From positions 124,001 through 167,581 of the forward strand of contig ML992506.1 in the NCBI GenBank assembly GCA_010093995.1: 43,581 nucleotides of DNA, written 5' to 3'. Shown here piece after piece: positions 12,206 to 24,085 of the stretch. Positions within the stretch are counted from its first letter, which is position 1, and the number at the start of each line of letters is the position of its first letter. The position numbers and the translations under genes are program-made. The notes under the pieces are model-generated. The model ran no database searches, was not told where the DNA came from, and worked only from the letters and a program-made list of their open reading frames with translations. The stretch is from Elsinoe ampelina (taxonomy: Eukaryota).

Positions 12206-13599
12206 GTCTTGGGAATGGTGCGTTAAAGATGTCCAGTGCACCGACTACCTTCACGATGCTACCAGTAGGTGCGGACAAGAAATGCGAGGTCTTGCCGCAG
12301 GTGCCATCTCATGCGGAAAAGATGTGGATTGCTGATCGAATATGCCGAGAGTGTCGATCTGAAAAGGCTGTGGCCAGGTCAGGAAAGGCATTGCTGACGT
12401 GAGTCGAGGATGTAAGGAAGGAGCGACGCTATGTACAAAGCACACATGGCCAAGTTGATAACCACATGTCAAGAAGCGCCGGAGCGATGAATGCATACGT
12501 ACATCTTCGAGTATTAATATCCAGTATGCAAATCGAAATTATTCTTGGTAGACCCGAGGCGCCACCAATGCAAGACCAACTTTTCCTAGACGAACGAAAA
12601 AGCCACCGACCAGATAAATGCAAATTGCTTGTGAAGTCGTATAGTCAAACCGAAAGCCTGTGGACAAGCATCAGGAACAAGATATATTCTTGAGGCTGTT
12701 GCCGACGCTCATATATCTCTGACAAGCCGCGGCAGCCAGGTCTCCTGCGGGGATGAATACGACGGTCGATAGTATAGCACTGTATCTGCCTTTAGTAGCC
12801 TCGACAACCTCGGTGTATGGATCTTTCGCCGGTTGTAAGAATAGAAAAGACGTTTCGCCAAAGGAGAGGTGGGTTGCTATACAAAATTCAAGATCAAGGT
12901 CGAGCTGCAGGTCTTCTCTATAATGCTGTCTGCGAATAGCACAGACGGGTGACCTGACAGTGATCGCTGTTTAGCGTCCATGTCGGCGTGGACGTCACCA
13001 AACCTTGAACTTGGTAACGGTCACTGGCTCGCGTGCAAATCCCTAGGCCGCTGGCTAATGGCCTGTCAGAGAGTCGATCAGTGCAAGGGTAGACGGTTCT
13101 ATGAGACTACGGGTGCGAGTCTGACCAGGGCAGCAGTTGGAAGGTGCGCTTTTGGCAATGGTTTGGACCCAGCGGGCACAAGCCAACATGGCTTGAAAGC
13201 TTGAAAGTCTGTCTCGAAAGTGACCAGGGTTAGGCGACCGAGGACGAACCGATTTGATGGGGATTGCCAATGCACATGGTGGTGCGCGGGGAACCTGGGT
13301 GGCCCTCGCAAATGCTACTCCCTCGGAGCGCGGGTCGTTGCATGGCCGTCGTGTCGCATGTCGTCCAAGCGATATGCAGTCGAGTGAGCGGCGTAGCTCT
13401 TGTTCGAGGTCGCAGAGTCTGCCAACTTCCGAGGCTGAAGTCTCCCATATGGTTCGTCGTCTGCCGCAGAGCGATCAGTTCCTATAGGGACGCTCAAGCT
13501 TCACTCGCTGGGCCTACTTCCCCCCTCGCCAGAAGTCAATGGCGCTGTCGACGAAGCTTGATAACATTTAGGCCCTACAGAGGGTAGTCCTTCTCGAAT

Positions 13600-13903
13600 G
13601 GGGATTGCTATTTACCTCTACCATATTTGCTATTTACCCACCCGCCAAGACGCTAAGCTTAAAGACTGAGCTTAATGTTTTATGCCCCTACTTACGGTAT
13701 ATACTAAACACCTGCCTAGCGGCGAGCGACCTAGCTAAGAATATGTCCGGCTCGCACGAGCGAAGCGAGTAAGAGCTATTACTCTTTACTATAGAAAATA
13801 TCTAAGATATATAAGGATATAGAGAGCGTACGGAAGCTCCCGGAGCCTAGCGTCTTGGCGGGTGGGTAAATAGCAAATATGGTAGGGGTAAATAGCAATC
13901 CCC
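13600..13903. mobile_element. 304-bp non-autonomous TIR element (MITE), probably Mutator/MULE-derived
   Basis: TIRs at 13600-13655 and 13848-13903 (56 bp with 1 mismatch; 60 bp with 2). Perfect 9-bp TSD TTCTCGAAT at 13591-13599 and 13904-13912. TpA-rich non-coding interior. Confidence 0.92.
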
Positions 13904-14396
13904 TTCTCGAATGCGACCCTTTTTGCGCGGCGCGGCTGGCTTGACCAACAAACTCGCTTGGACGAGATATTGTGGGTCAAATCGCTAGTGTGCAGGCCAG
14001 CCCTAGAACTGGTGTTGGAACGTCGATTTTACCGCTACTGTAGTCAGTCAAGATTTTCCCCTTCGTAAATCGCATGTGCGAAGCAGTCCGTAGCAAAGAT
14101 AGAACGGCTGATATTTAACCACGTCAGGCTGCCCGTAAAGGACCCGTTGGGCGGCCCGTAAATTGCATATTCTGGTCGTCGCTGAGAAGAATGATTGTCA
14201 GGTACCATTTCTGTTATCACCATGTGTCGTCTGGATGGAACGTGGTCAAGGCGGACAGGCCCGCCCAGGGGAAATGCAAGCTCATGCGTGATGTGATCCA
14301 TGTCAAAATGTCTGTGACGGAGCTGCAGGCTTCCCTTTTCGTCATGGGCCGCATCCAGCCTCGACATCCGTCTCACATCTTCGCAGCCTCAGTGCG

Positions 14397-15299
14397 ATGT
14401 CGGTATCACAGATATCTTTCCGAACACTACTGCCAGAACTATTTGCAGCTCTCAAAGCGTTCCAATCATCAAGCGCAAAATTCGGAATCGTGCACTCTGT
14501 TTCAGCACCATTATCCAAAAATAGCAAGCCATCATCTCCAAAGACACTACTCATTCTCGACTCTTCTTTCAACCCGCCCTCAAGGGCTCACTTGACGTTA
14601 GCCAAGTCAGCACTGCACAAGGATATTCTGAGACACTATGAGCCACCATACCGCTTCCTGCTCCTCTTCAGCACGCAAAATGCTGACAAAGCCCCCTCGG
14701 CCGCCTCCTTCGACCAGCGACTTGCCCTCATGACCGTCTTCGCCCAGGATCTGATCAAAGATCTGCAGCAAAGCGACCAGCACGACCCACCCGACGTCGA
14801 CATCGGCCTGACCACCGCCCCTTATTACACCGACAAGTCCACAGCCATATCCACCGAGGGCAAGGACGCATACCCTGACTCACCCCGCCATATCCACATC
14901 ATGGGCTTCGACACAATCACCCGCTTCCTCGCGCCCAAGTACTACAAGGACTTTGACCCTCCCCTCTCCGCACTCAACCCCTACTTCGACGCCGGCCACG
15001 AGTTGCGCGTCACCCTCCGTCCCTCAAACGAGTACGGCTTCGTGGAGGACCAAAAAGCATTCATCTCCAAGCTCGGCCGAGGTGAACTTGAAGCCGAAGG
15101 AGGCAAGCCCCGATGGGCCAAGCAGATCGCCACCGTCGAAGCCAGTGACGGCGTGGGCGTGAGCAGTACACGGGTGCGGAAAGCGGCCAAAGCTCAGCGG
15201 TGGGACGAGGTGTCTGAGCTTTGTACCCAGGGTATTGCTGATGCGGTAAGGGAGAATAGTATCTACGAGGGAGATGACAGGGGGGCGAAGATGGCTTGA
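14397..15299 (+). CDS. POF1: Cytidylyltransferase-like nucleotidyltransferase (Pof1/NMNAT-like), 300 aa
   Basis: LLILDSSFNPPSRAH (HxGH-type motif variant), NADK, GFDTITR, VSSTRVR. Confidence 0.85.
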   Translation: MSVSQISFRTLLPELFAALKAFQSSSAKFGIVHSVSAPLSKNSKPSSPKTLLILDSSFNPPSRAHLTLAKSALHKDILRHYEPPYRFLLLFSTQNADKAPSAASFDQRLALMTVFAQDLIKDLQQSDQHDPPDVDIGLTTAPYYTDKSTAISTEGKDAYPDSPRHIHIMGFDTITRFLAPKYYKDFDPPLSALNPYFDAGHELRVTLRPSNEYGFVEDQKAFISKLGRGELEAEGGKPRWAKQIATVEASDGVGVSSTRVRKAAKAQRWDEVSELCTQGIADAVRENSIYEGDDRGAKMA

Positions 15300-15853
15300 T
15301 GAGGAATGCCGTGGTGGTGTATGATTGTGAACCCTGCTCGAGGGCACACACGGGTAGTGCGGGGTTGAGTGGTGGTCCCAAGGTGCCAAACACGATTGAC
15401 TTGTCTCGAGCACATACCGGGCCTTGACTCGCACGCTGTGCAGAAGTCTCCCAGTGGGAATTTGGGCGGCGCGATGCTGTTCATGGATCAATACATGGAC
15501 GACATGGTTGATACCAGCTACTGCTAGCTTCGAAACCTTGACCAACGTCGGTCTGTGTAGAAGTCTGGAGCCTCACGTGTCCCTCTCACTGGCCGTTGGG
15601 TATAATACCGAGGGCAGACCGAACGCGAGCTCCAAGCATTGTCTGACCTCACGTAGTAACCTCATGTACAGACGTAAAGAAAGTGGTATTGTGCATCAAG
15701 TAGCAAGGAAACGACCGACGCTTATATGCAAGCCTTTTGACCCCAGCGCCCTCTTGTTCAGGCACTAGGCCGCTTCAACGCCTCCACCGCGTCATATACA
15801 TCCTTGAGCTTCTCTGCCACGACTCTTCCCAATCTCTCCCTCTCCAAAGCCTC

Positions 15854-16430
15854 CTAGACCTGAATCCACATCACACTAACCACAACATCCATCCCCTTCG
15901 CCTCCCCCCCCTCCCACTTGAAGCTCCACATGCCATCCTTCTCGTTGTTCCAATATGCTCCGGCAGCACTGTGCATACCCCTTCGTCCCACCTTGCGTGC
16001 CTCGCCCCCGGCTGCCGCGTCTGTGCCTTGTGGTCGAGGATCCTCGAGGTGCTGGATGATGGTGCTGTTGACGGCGAATTTGAAGGGGCAGTTGGCTTCG
16101 GGTGTAGGCTTGGTTTCGGAGATGAGGGAGGATAGGATCTTGTTCTGTACAGAGAGGTCAGTGAGCTGTCCTGAGTGCGGGCAGGAGCGAGTCCAGAAAG
16201 GCGTACGATGATGGCGGCGTTTAGCTCTTCCATGCGTGGGTGCTCGTAGCGTTCGGATTTGTCCAGGGCGGAGGCGCAGGCCTGGAGAAGTCAGAGAAAT
16301 ACCACAGAGCGATATTGCAAGAGACCATACATCAGAGGCAATCTGCTTGAGCCTTGTTTCCGATACCTGGAAAATGGTAAGAAGCTGGGATTTCTGAGCT
16401 GTTGGAGATGTTGCTCACTGGGCTGCTCAT
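15854..16430 (-). CDS. Dynein light chain, Tctex-1 family. Exons 16430-16419, 16366-16331, 16281-16207, 16144-15854
   Basis: Not visible as a single ORF. Manual splicing of three canonical phase-0 introns gives MSSPVSETRLKQIASDAC...FKFAVNSTIIQ...GRRGMHSAAGAYWNNEKDGMWSFKW...DVVVSVMWIQV*. Confidence 0.9.
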
Positions 16431-16891
16431 GTTTGTGGTCTGAGAGTCTGAGGCTTGACGAAGAGGTAAATCGATCTGTACATGCAACCGCAGTATATAA
16501 AGATCTCAATTGGATTTATCAGATGTTGTACGAGTAAAGTGGAAGATGTCACGAACTGTTCACTGCGACTGTTTTGCAGATCAAACGTCTGTTGATGTCT
16601 CCACTTCGGAGCTGTCGCTTGTGCGGGCCGACCGCGGCAATCATGACTTGGAGAGCCGCGCATTGTCCCCCGCGACCGTCCGACCAATGGGAGATCAAAG
16701 TTGTGCTCGTGCTTGGAAGTTTTGAGGTACGAACGCAAGTTGGAAGGTTCCTGCAGAACCACTTTGCGGTCGGCGAGGACTTTTGTAAACTTGACATACA
16801 GTAGGCGACTTACTTACTACCTCCGCTGGTCATAGAAGCACAGCGATCGATCCACCTTTCGACCTCAATCGCTATTCTTCCCTCCAAGATC

Positions 16892-17324
16892 ATGTCCTCC
16901 CAACCCCTCCTCCAGACGGCGCCCGGTATAGCTCTCAATCGAACGCAGCAACGTAGTATGCTGACTCTCACCAGGCAAGCGCATTGCCCTCCCCACACGA
17001 GTTGAGCCCAAGGTCTTCTTCGCCAACGAGCGTACCTTCCTGTCATGGCTGAACTTCACGGTCATCCTGGGTGGACTCGCGGTCGGTCTCCTCAACTTCG
17101 GTGACAGGGTAGGGCAGATATCAGCCGGTCTGTTCACGTTGGTCGCGATGGCCGCTATGGTCTACGCCCTCTTCACATTCCACTGGAGAGCAAAGAGCAT
17201 ACGGATGAGGGGTCAGAGCGGATTCGATGATCGATTCGGACCAACAGTGCTGGCTCTTGCATTATTCGCGGCCGTGGTAGTGAACTTTGTTTTGAGGATC
17301 ACGCAAGGGAGCAAGGAGCAATAA
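16892..17324 (+). CDS. VTC1: Vacuolar transporter chaperone 1 (polyphosphate polymerase complex). Intron 16926-16974
   Basis: Spliced product [37 protein letters not shown]...DDRFGPTVL, with three TM segments. Confidence 0.95.
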
Positions 17325-20047
17325 GATACCATGAGGTGGGACGGGCGGGAAGATGCAGGGAATTCTAGGGACTTCTCGGTGGATTGACCAGCTGAAACAA
17401 TGTTGAGGCTGGTGGTTTGGAACGAGAAGTGCGCTGGCATACCGCTTCGCAAGGACGCAGTACTGAGCAAGGAGGGTCGGCGCCATGGGAAGGAACTGCT
17501 GGACGAGGGCGATGAGGTAATGTGTTGTACAGTATCGCATTTGTCAGGATCGAGGGAAGTCTGTAGATCAGATGCGCTGTGTAGATCAAAAGCGCTGGTG
17601 AGACGGCTTCACACTATCAATTAAAGCCAATTTGCTGGAACAAAGACAGGTGTGCGTCTTCCTCACAATCTTGACCCTAGCTCATGCAGATGACGTGCCT
17701 TTGTGTCCCCAAAATCGGCTTGGTTGACAGACATGATCCGATGCTCGAGCACTTTATGCACGTTTGCGGGTCGGACCAGAGCCACCACGGCTGGTTGGCA
17801 AGCATCGATTGGTATACCACCGTAACGTGCATACCGTGGCGGGAGCCTTGCATGTGGATAAACGGCATTCCCAAATGCTCAAGCAGCCCAAGTAGAGTCA
17901 TATTTACCTCCGGGTCTCTCCCAGCGGAATGGTATTGGCTGAAGGGTGGCCGCACCCACCCACCTGTACGAAATGGCTTGTTGTGTAACACACCATTATG
18001 CGCTCGAGCACACTCGGAGCTCCACAAGTGAGCCAAGCTATCTGCGCAGGTCAGGCAAACTTAGGCAAGGGCAGAAAGGGCATGGGAGAAGAATCAATGG
18101 ACAAATAGTTCGTGAAGCAAAGAGTAACTTATGCTCTGTTTGCTGCCCCTCCTCGAAGGATTGAACGCGCTGCGTTTGCTCATGAAATTGTCTGATTGGC
18201 CGCCTCTCATTCCTCCAATTCATCACTTCAGGCACGCAACCTGTTGCGGCCACAGCGCCTATCGAATGCCTTGCAATAATTCCATTTCCATGGCATTCTG
18301 CGACCATGACCGATTGCCCATTTGAACCAAGCACTGTTATTGATGTCGCGCCTGTGTCTCCAGCGAGAGGCTCGGCCCGATCTAAAAATGGTCAGAGCGA
18401 CTATAACATCTAATTGGTCGTAAAGGGTCGGAACGGGCTGCCTACTTGCTATCAAGTGATCATTTTGCGGCGACTAAAAGGAATAATTGAGCGGTAAGCG
18501 CCGACAGATGATCCCCAATGATAATAGCGCATGGGTGGGTACACTTCAAAATTGATTGCTTGCCCTCCTGAGATCGCGGGTGTCTGGTGGAGCGTTTGAG
18601 CGCTTCAGACTCGAGTTTCGTGCTGCCACAGTCCATGCTCCAGGCAGTCAGGGACAGCATCTCCAAAGCGCGATGCTGGCATGTTTGATGAAGCAGGGAA
18701 TGTAACAGAGAACAGTGTCGCTGGTCGAGCGACGCAAGGACGACCTGCACATCAAGTCGGTACAGAACCGACTACATGGCTAGTCCCCCCTCGACCGTGC
18801 CGTAGCTGGTAGCGATAGTGGCATACCGACGTGAGACTCGTGCAGGCCAAGAAGAGGGGACCTCTGTCGCGACCTTGTGTGGTTAGTCGATCGGCCAGCA
18901 GCATCGTCCATGCGCTTGGTTTTGGTTCACACGCTCACCCGCGACGCCTTGGGTGAAAGGGTGCATGGAGCCGACAGCGCTAGTTGTTTAGCGGCCTCCA
19001 TACCCTGGTCACTTTGCTCTCTAGGTCGCCTGCGCTTCTGCTGCAACAATACTGCCGCCGGGCGAACACCCGATGTGAGGGCACGTGTGTATGCAGCTCA
19101 TTCCGGTGATGACTGCGGTTACTATGATACCAATAACGCCGACAAGGCTGTAGAATGGCATCTATGTTGAGTTGAGGGACGAGAATGTGATTGGTACCAG
19201 ACTATGATCCCGAATAGCACTAGCGCCAGTCCGCTTCATGCATGGAGGTGCATGCGAGCCAGTCAGTGCCCCTTCAAGCTTGTTCGGGCGGCACGTTCGC
19301 CTCTCAAGCTGTCTGCAGCGCCCACCAGCGGTCCTCCTGTTCCCTTCCCTTCCTCGACGCTGAACGCTCGCGCTCGTCCACGCTTGCACAGCCGCTCAAG
19401 TCCAAGTCGGCCTTTAGACTCTTCACAATCATCCTTCTCGACTTCCATCATCGGTTCAATTTTTGTGCTCGGAATAGGACACAGTTCCCAGCGCAAACTG
19501 TATCGTCACTCTGGCAGCCAGGCCCACCTCTGCTCGCGGCAAAGTCGGCTCGCACTCTACCAGAATATCAGGACCCTTGGCGGACTTCGCGTTTGATGCG
19601 GATGCGCATTCTTTGAACGAGCACCAAAGCACCATACTCGCGGATCTGGACACGAAAAGCACAGAATTGTGCGCGGAATAAGCTGCGCATAGCTCTGCAA
19701 CCATTTTCATCTCCCCTCGTTGCGAGTCTCGAAAATCGACCACCTACGAAACGCGGCTGGAGAGAACTCGAGCGTCTAATCGTCCGACATTACCAGGCTG
19801 CGCTGCGACCTCGATTGTCCCCATACGACTGTAAAGGTAGCAGCATAGACTGATTCCACCGCTGTTCAGATTACCTCCTTGCTGCAGTGACGAAGAGATC
19901 TGCACCACCTCGACGCCAAGTCGCAGCGTAGGTGCCTTGATATCAGAATCAGCACCTAGATTTGGTCCAAGGGACTCTGGCACCTACAGGAGCAATCACT
20001 CGTACTACTGTCCGCCTTGTCGGACGCAATCCCAATCACAATCCACA

Positions 20048-22153
20048 ATGAGCGTCTCTGTCCAGGCGTCCCCATCGTCTTCATTTGACCACTTTGGAGG
20101 CCGCCAGATGGACCAGAATCCTTCCAAATTCACCGCCGTGAACGGTGCTAGTCATCGCGATCACCAACATCAATCATTCACCTTCCGCCCGGACTCCACC
20201 GCGACGATGGTCAACGGGTCTAACTCACACGGTCCTGCGGCACCCGAGATCTCACGTGAAACAGCAAACTTTGGCTATGCACGGAACCCCTCTGAAAGGC
20301 ATTCTCCTCAAGGAGACTCGCAAGCTATGCTAGATAATATCAATGTCGGCAAACGAAAACGTTCCCCGGAGGAGGAACACCCCATGAGACGTCCAGACTC
20401 TCATCAATCTCCTGGACCTATGCGTGATGCTCCCATCATCGCGACAGCACTCACTCAGACGCCGAGTACGACAAGCCCTGTTTGGGATGAACCGTCACAG
20501 ACACAGAGCCAGCCAAGATCTCCAGATGAAACCCAATTCGCTGAAACGCTCAGACGCGACATAGCGCGTTACGGGGCTTCAGGAGAGCAACATTTACGCA
20601 CTAGCCTCCAGGACGAAGAAGATGTACATCAAACCCCGACGCAGCAGCAAATAGAGAGCGGAATCTCGCCCTTCCCCAAGAAGCGCGCCTTTGCAAATCG
20701 AACAAAGACTGGATGCCAGTAAGTTGATCCTAAAATTGGTTTCTTGGGTGCTGACCACACAAAGTACGTGTCGACGACGAAAGAAGAAATGCGACGAAGG
20801 GAAACCACATTGCATGAACTGCCTGAAAGGAAGCTTCCACTGCGAAGGGTATGGGGAAAAGAAAATCGTCAGCCCTGCTACACAAAGCAATAGTCGTGGG
20901 CGCGCGAGTACGGGTAGCTCTATTGCACCCTCAAGGGCTTTCCCATCGCAGTAAGTGAGGGTTATATTACTAACGACCAGCTTGCTGACACGCCTCAGAG
21001 CGAATTATCAACCGTACACGTCTGGCTTCCCGGATTTTCGAATTCCACCACCCACGTCAGAGCCCGGCAGGCGGTCGACAGATATATTTCCTGGCGGCAA
21101 TCGCGAGCCTTGGGGGACGAACAAGGCAGGATGGCCGAGCGATATGCAGAACCAGTCTCCGCATTCCCAGCCACCTCCCCATGCGGATCAGGCTCGGCCT
21201 CCAAACATGTTCGATGTCGGACGTGAAGCGGCCGCACGGGACTCTCATTTGGTCAACACAGCCCGTCTTGGTACTGCAATTGCACCTGCGACTACAAACC
21301 AGAGCATTTCCCGACCGCCGCTTAGTGCAGGCTCCACAACGGCTGGATCACAAGGAAGCGGTGACAGGCAGACCGAAAGAAATCGAATGCTGGTCGGACA
21401 GCCGTTCCTACACTATTGCGACCCTCTCCTAGTTGAGGATCGTAGGGAGTGTCGAGCTGCATTGGAGAGGTACAACAATTCGACGCGACCAAGCGTCGGA
21501 ACGAGCGAGGAAGAATGCGGTAGACTGTTCAAGTTCATCATCATGCCTGACCTGAAACCTGGCGCCATCTCTGACGGACGTCCTTCTGGCAGTATTGGTC
21601 GCTGTGTCCTGGTCGAGGCACCCTTCACTTGCGAGTATGGCTACAATATCCACCTCGGAGACGATGTTGTCATTGGGTCAGGATGTACCATGCAGGATGC
21701 TGCTAAGATCAGGATTGGCAGCCGATCAATTGTTGGACCAAACGTTCGCTTTTACACCATGACGCTTCCGACGGATCGACGTGCCCGCGGTGGAGCACGG
21801 AGCCTCGCGATCGCGGCTCCCATCACCATCGAAGAAGATTGCTTCATTGGCGCAGATGTCATCATCCTACCCGGCAGGAAGGTCGGTAAGGGCAGTACTA
21901 TCGGAGCGGGAACTGTTGTCAGCAAGGTAAGGAGATGACAGCGCTTTTGAGCACACTGAGATGAAGACATGATCCTAACACTTTTTAGGATGTACCTGAG
22001 AATTGTGTTGTCGCTGGTAGCCCACCAAAAGTGCTCCGCTTTGGTCTCAATGTCCAAGATGACCCACAAGGACATCACCCTGCTCGCTATCGTGACGAGG
22101 AGCTGTCGGTTTTGATGGTCAAGCCCAGAGGTTACACCCTCACCACCAAGTGA
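20048..22153 (+). CDS. Zn(II)2Cys6 protein fused to a C-terminal maltose/galactoside O-acetyltransferase-like (Mac + hexapeptide LbH) domain. Introns 20719-20764, 20951-20998, 21927-21988
   Basis: Spliced RTKTGCHTCRRRKKKCDEGKPHCMNCLKGSFHC gives the Zn cluster. TERNRMLVG...VEAPFTCEYGYNIHLGDDV...PITIEEDCFIGADVIILPGRKVGKGSTIGAGTVVSKDVPENCVVAGSP gives the LbH domain. Confidence 0.9.
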
Positions 22154-23221
22154 GTGGGCATCGGCAGTATCAGGTTAAATTCCCACCACGTCCCACACGA
22201 TGGGTCAGCAACACAATCCAGTGTTCGATAACGCTGCGTCAAGATGCGGATCATTTCAATATGACACTGCCTTCGCTTTCGATGGCCGTCCGTTGAAATT
22301 CAACCAGCAGCGTTGCAATACTTCGGCGGCAGGCAATTTGTGAAGCTCAGGCATGGCAATATTGCAATTCACAGCTCCGAGTGCTAGCCTGATGAGGAAA
22401 TACACGGGCAGAAGAACGATGCTGTCGACGGGAGACTGCTACTGTATGAGGTGTCTAGACGGGGATCACGGAATCACGCCCATTTCGGTTTTCTCACGCG
22501 CGAGCAGATCATGCTTAATATGTTCCATTAGCGTCGGAGTAAGGCGAGCTCAGGATGTTTTTGAATTGGACGATATCCACGCATAGACCCTTGCCATATG
22601 CTCAAGCAATGCATTTCGATGTTCGACTTATGGATATGCTCAAGATCACAGGGCAATGGCCAAGTTATGAGTTCAAAGCCTCTGAAGGCTTGATTCGAGC
22701 AGAGTGATAGGAGCAACGCGACGTGAGCAAAGAAGAGCATGAATCAAAATTGTATGATAGATTGCAAGGCCTTGACCGGAAACCCTCTTGCATACTGTCG
22801 GGATCATCATATGCATGATTTCTTCGCGGCAAATTTAGCCGCCACATGCGCGTCTTCACTGGACCGTGGATCGCAAACGATCGTCACAAGCTTCGAGCCG
22901 AGTCCGTTTGCAGCTTCATCCACTTTTTTTGAGCTCGTTGCTTCACTGACTGAACCTTCAACTTTCTTTCCACTAACCTTAAGAAAGTTCCACGACCCGA
23001 TCTATTCGTGCGACATTGACGCGACATACGAAAAGCAATTGCCGCTGTTAAACTCTCTCCAATTGCTGACTTGCTCAGCTTGCAGACGTCCGAAAAGCAA
23101 ACAGTCAGTGAGCCGTCAGAGCAAACTCGATCTGTCACTTTCGACTGACTTTCTGTAGCCTACACTGATCATAGAAACCAAGACACACACACCCAAAGAC
23201 CCATACACCGCATCATTCGCA

Positions 23222-24085
23222 ATGGCGGATGATGAGACCAAGCCCGCTGCCGACCCGGCCACTTTCGAGGGAGAGAACGAGGACAATGCTGACGAGGAAG
23301 AGATCGCGGCCATGAAGAAGCGTGTTCAAGAGATGGAAGCAGAAGCTGCTAAGCTACGCGAGATGCAGGCATCCCTGGACAGCAATGAGCCATCCATGCG
23401 CGAGTCTCGCGAGGACATCGACTCTCGCTCCGTCTTCGTCGGCAATGTCGACTACGCTGCCTCCCCTGAGGAGATTCAGTCTCACTTCGGCAGCTGCGGA
23501 GCCATCAACCGTGTCACTATCCTGCTGGACAAGTTCACCGGCAACCCCAAGGGATACGCCTATGTCGAGTTCACTGAGCCAAACTTGGTCGCCAACGCGC
23601 TGGTTCTCAACGAGAGTGTCTTCCGTGGTCGCAATATCAAGGTACTGCTCAATCTCACACCTCATCCTGATGATCATCATTAACGATTCAAGGTCACCCC
23701 GAAGCGCACCAATCTGCCTGGTATGACACGCGGTCGCGGCCGTGGTGGAGGGGGCGGTGGCTTCCGCGGAGGACGTGGCGGCGGCGGCTTCGGATATGGT
23801 GCACCTGCCTATGGCGGAGGGCGCGGAGGAGGGGGTTATCCCCCTCGCGGAGGCGGGTACGACAACACTTTTTCCTACTATATCCCACCGCCCTACTATC
23901 ACTACTACTAGTAGTGGTGGTGGTGATGGTGATGGCGTGTACAAGGATGATCTGGTTTGCAATCTTGCAGACAGGATTTGTCGCACACATATTATGCACT
24001 GATGATCTCACGGGCAAATGCTTACGATCTACGTAGATACAGAGGAGGTTTCAGAGGACGAGGAAGAGGCTATTCGCCATACTAA
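23222..24085 (+). CDS. pab2: Nuclear poly(A)-binding protein 2 (PABPN1/Pab2). Introns 23642-23692 and 23857-24036
   Basis: Coiled coil [28 protein letters not shown] ([24 protein letters not shown]), RGG tail, and C-terminal GRGYSPY*. Confidence 0.93.

Noticed and set aside
13226..13234. AGGGTTAGG (CCUAACCCU on the minus strand) as a telomerase RNA template
   Set aside because: A 9-mer match to the telomere repeat is expected about twice by chance in 43 kb, and I saw no pseudoknot or CR4/5 elements.
23940..24006. Box C/D snoRNA in the pab2 intron (AGGATGA...CTGA)
   Set aside because: Imperfect C box, no terminal stem, and no rRNA-complementary guide that I could identify. A snoscan/Rfam run would settle it.
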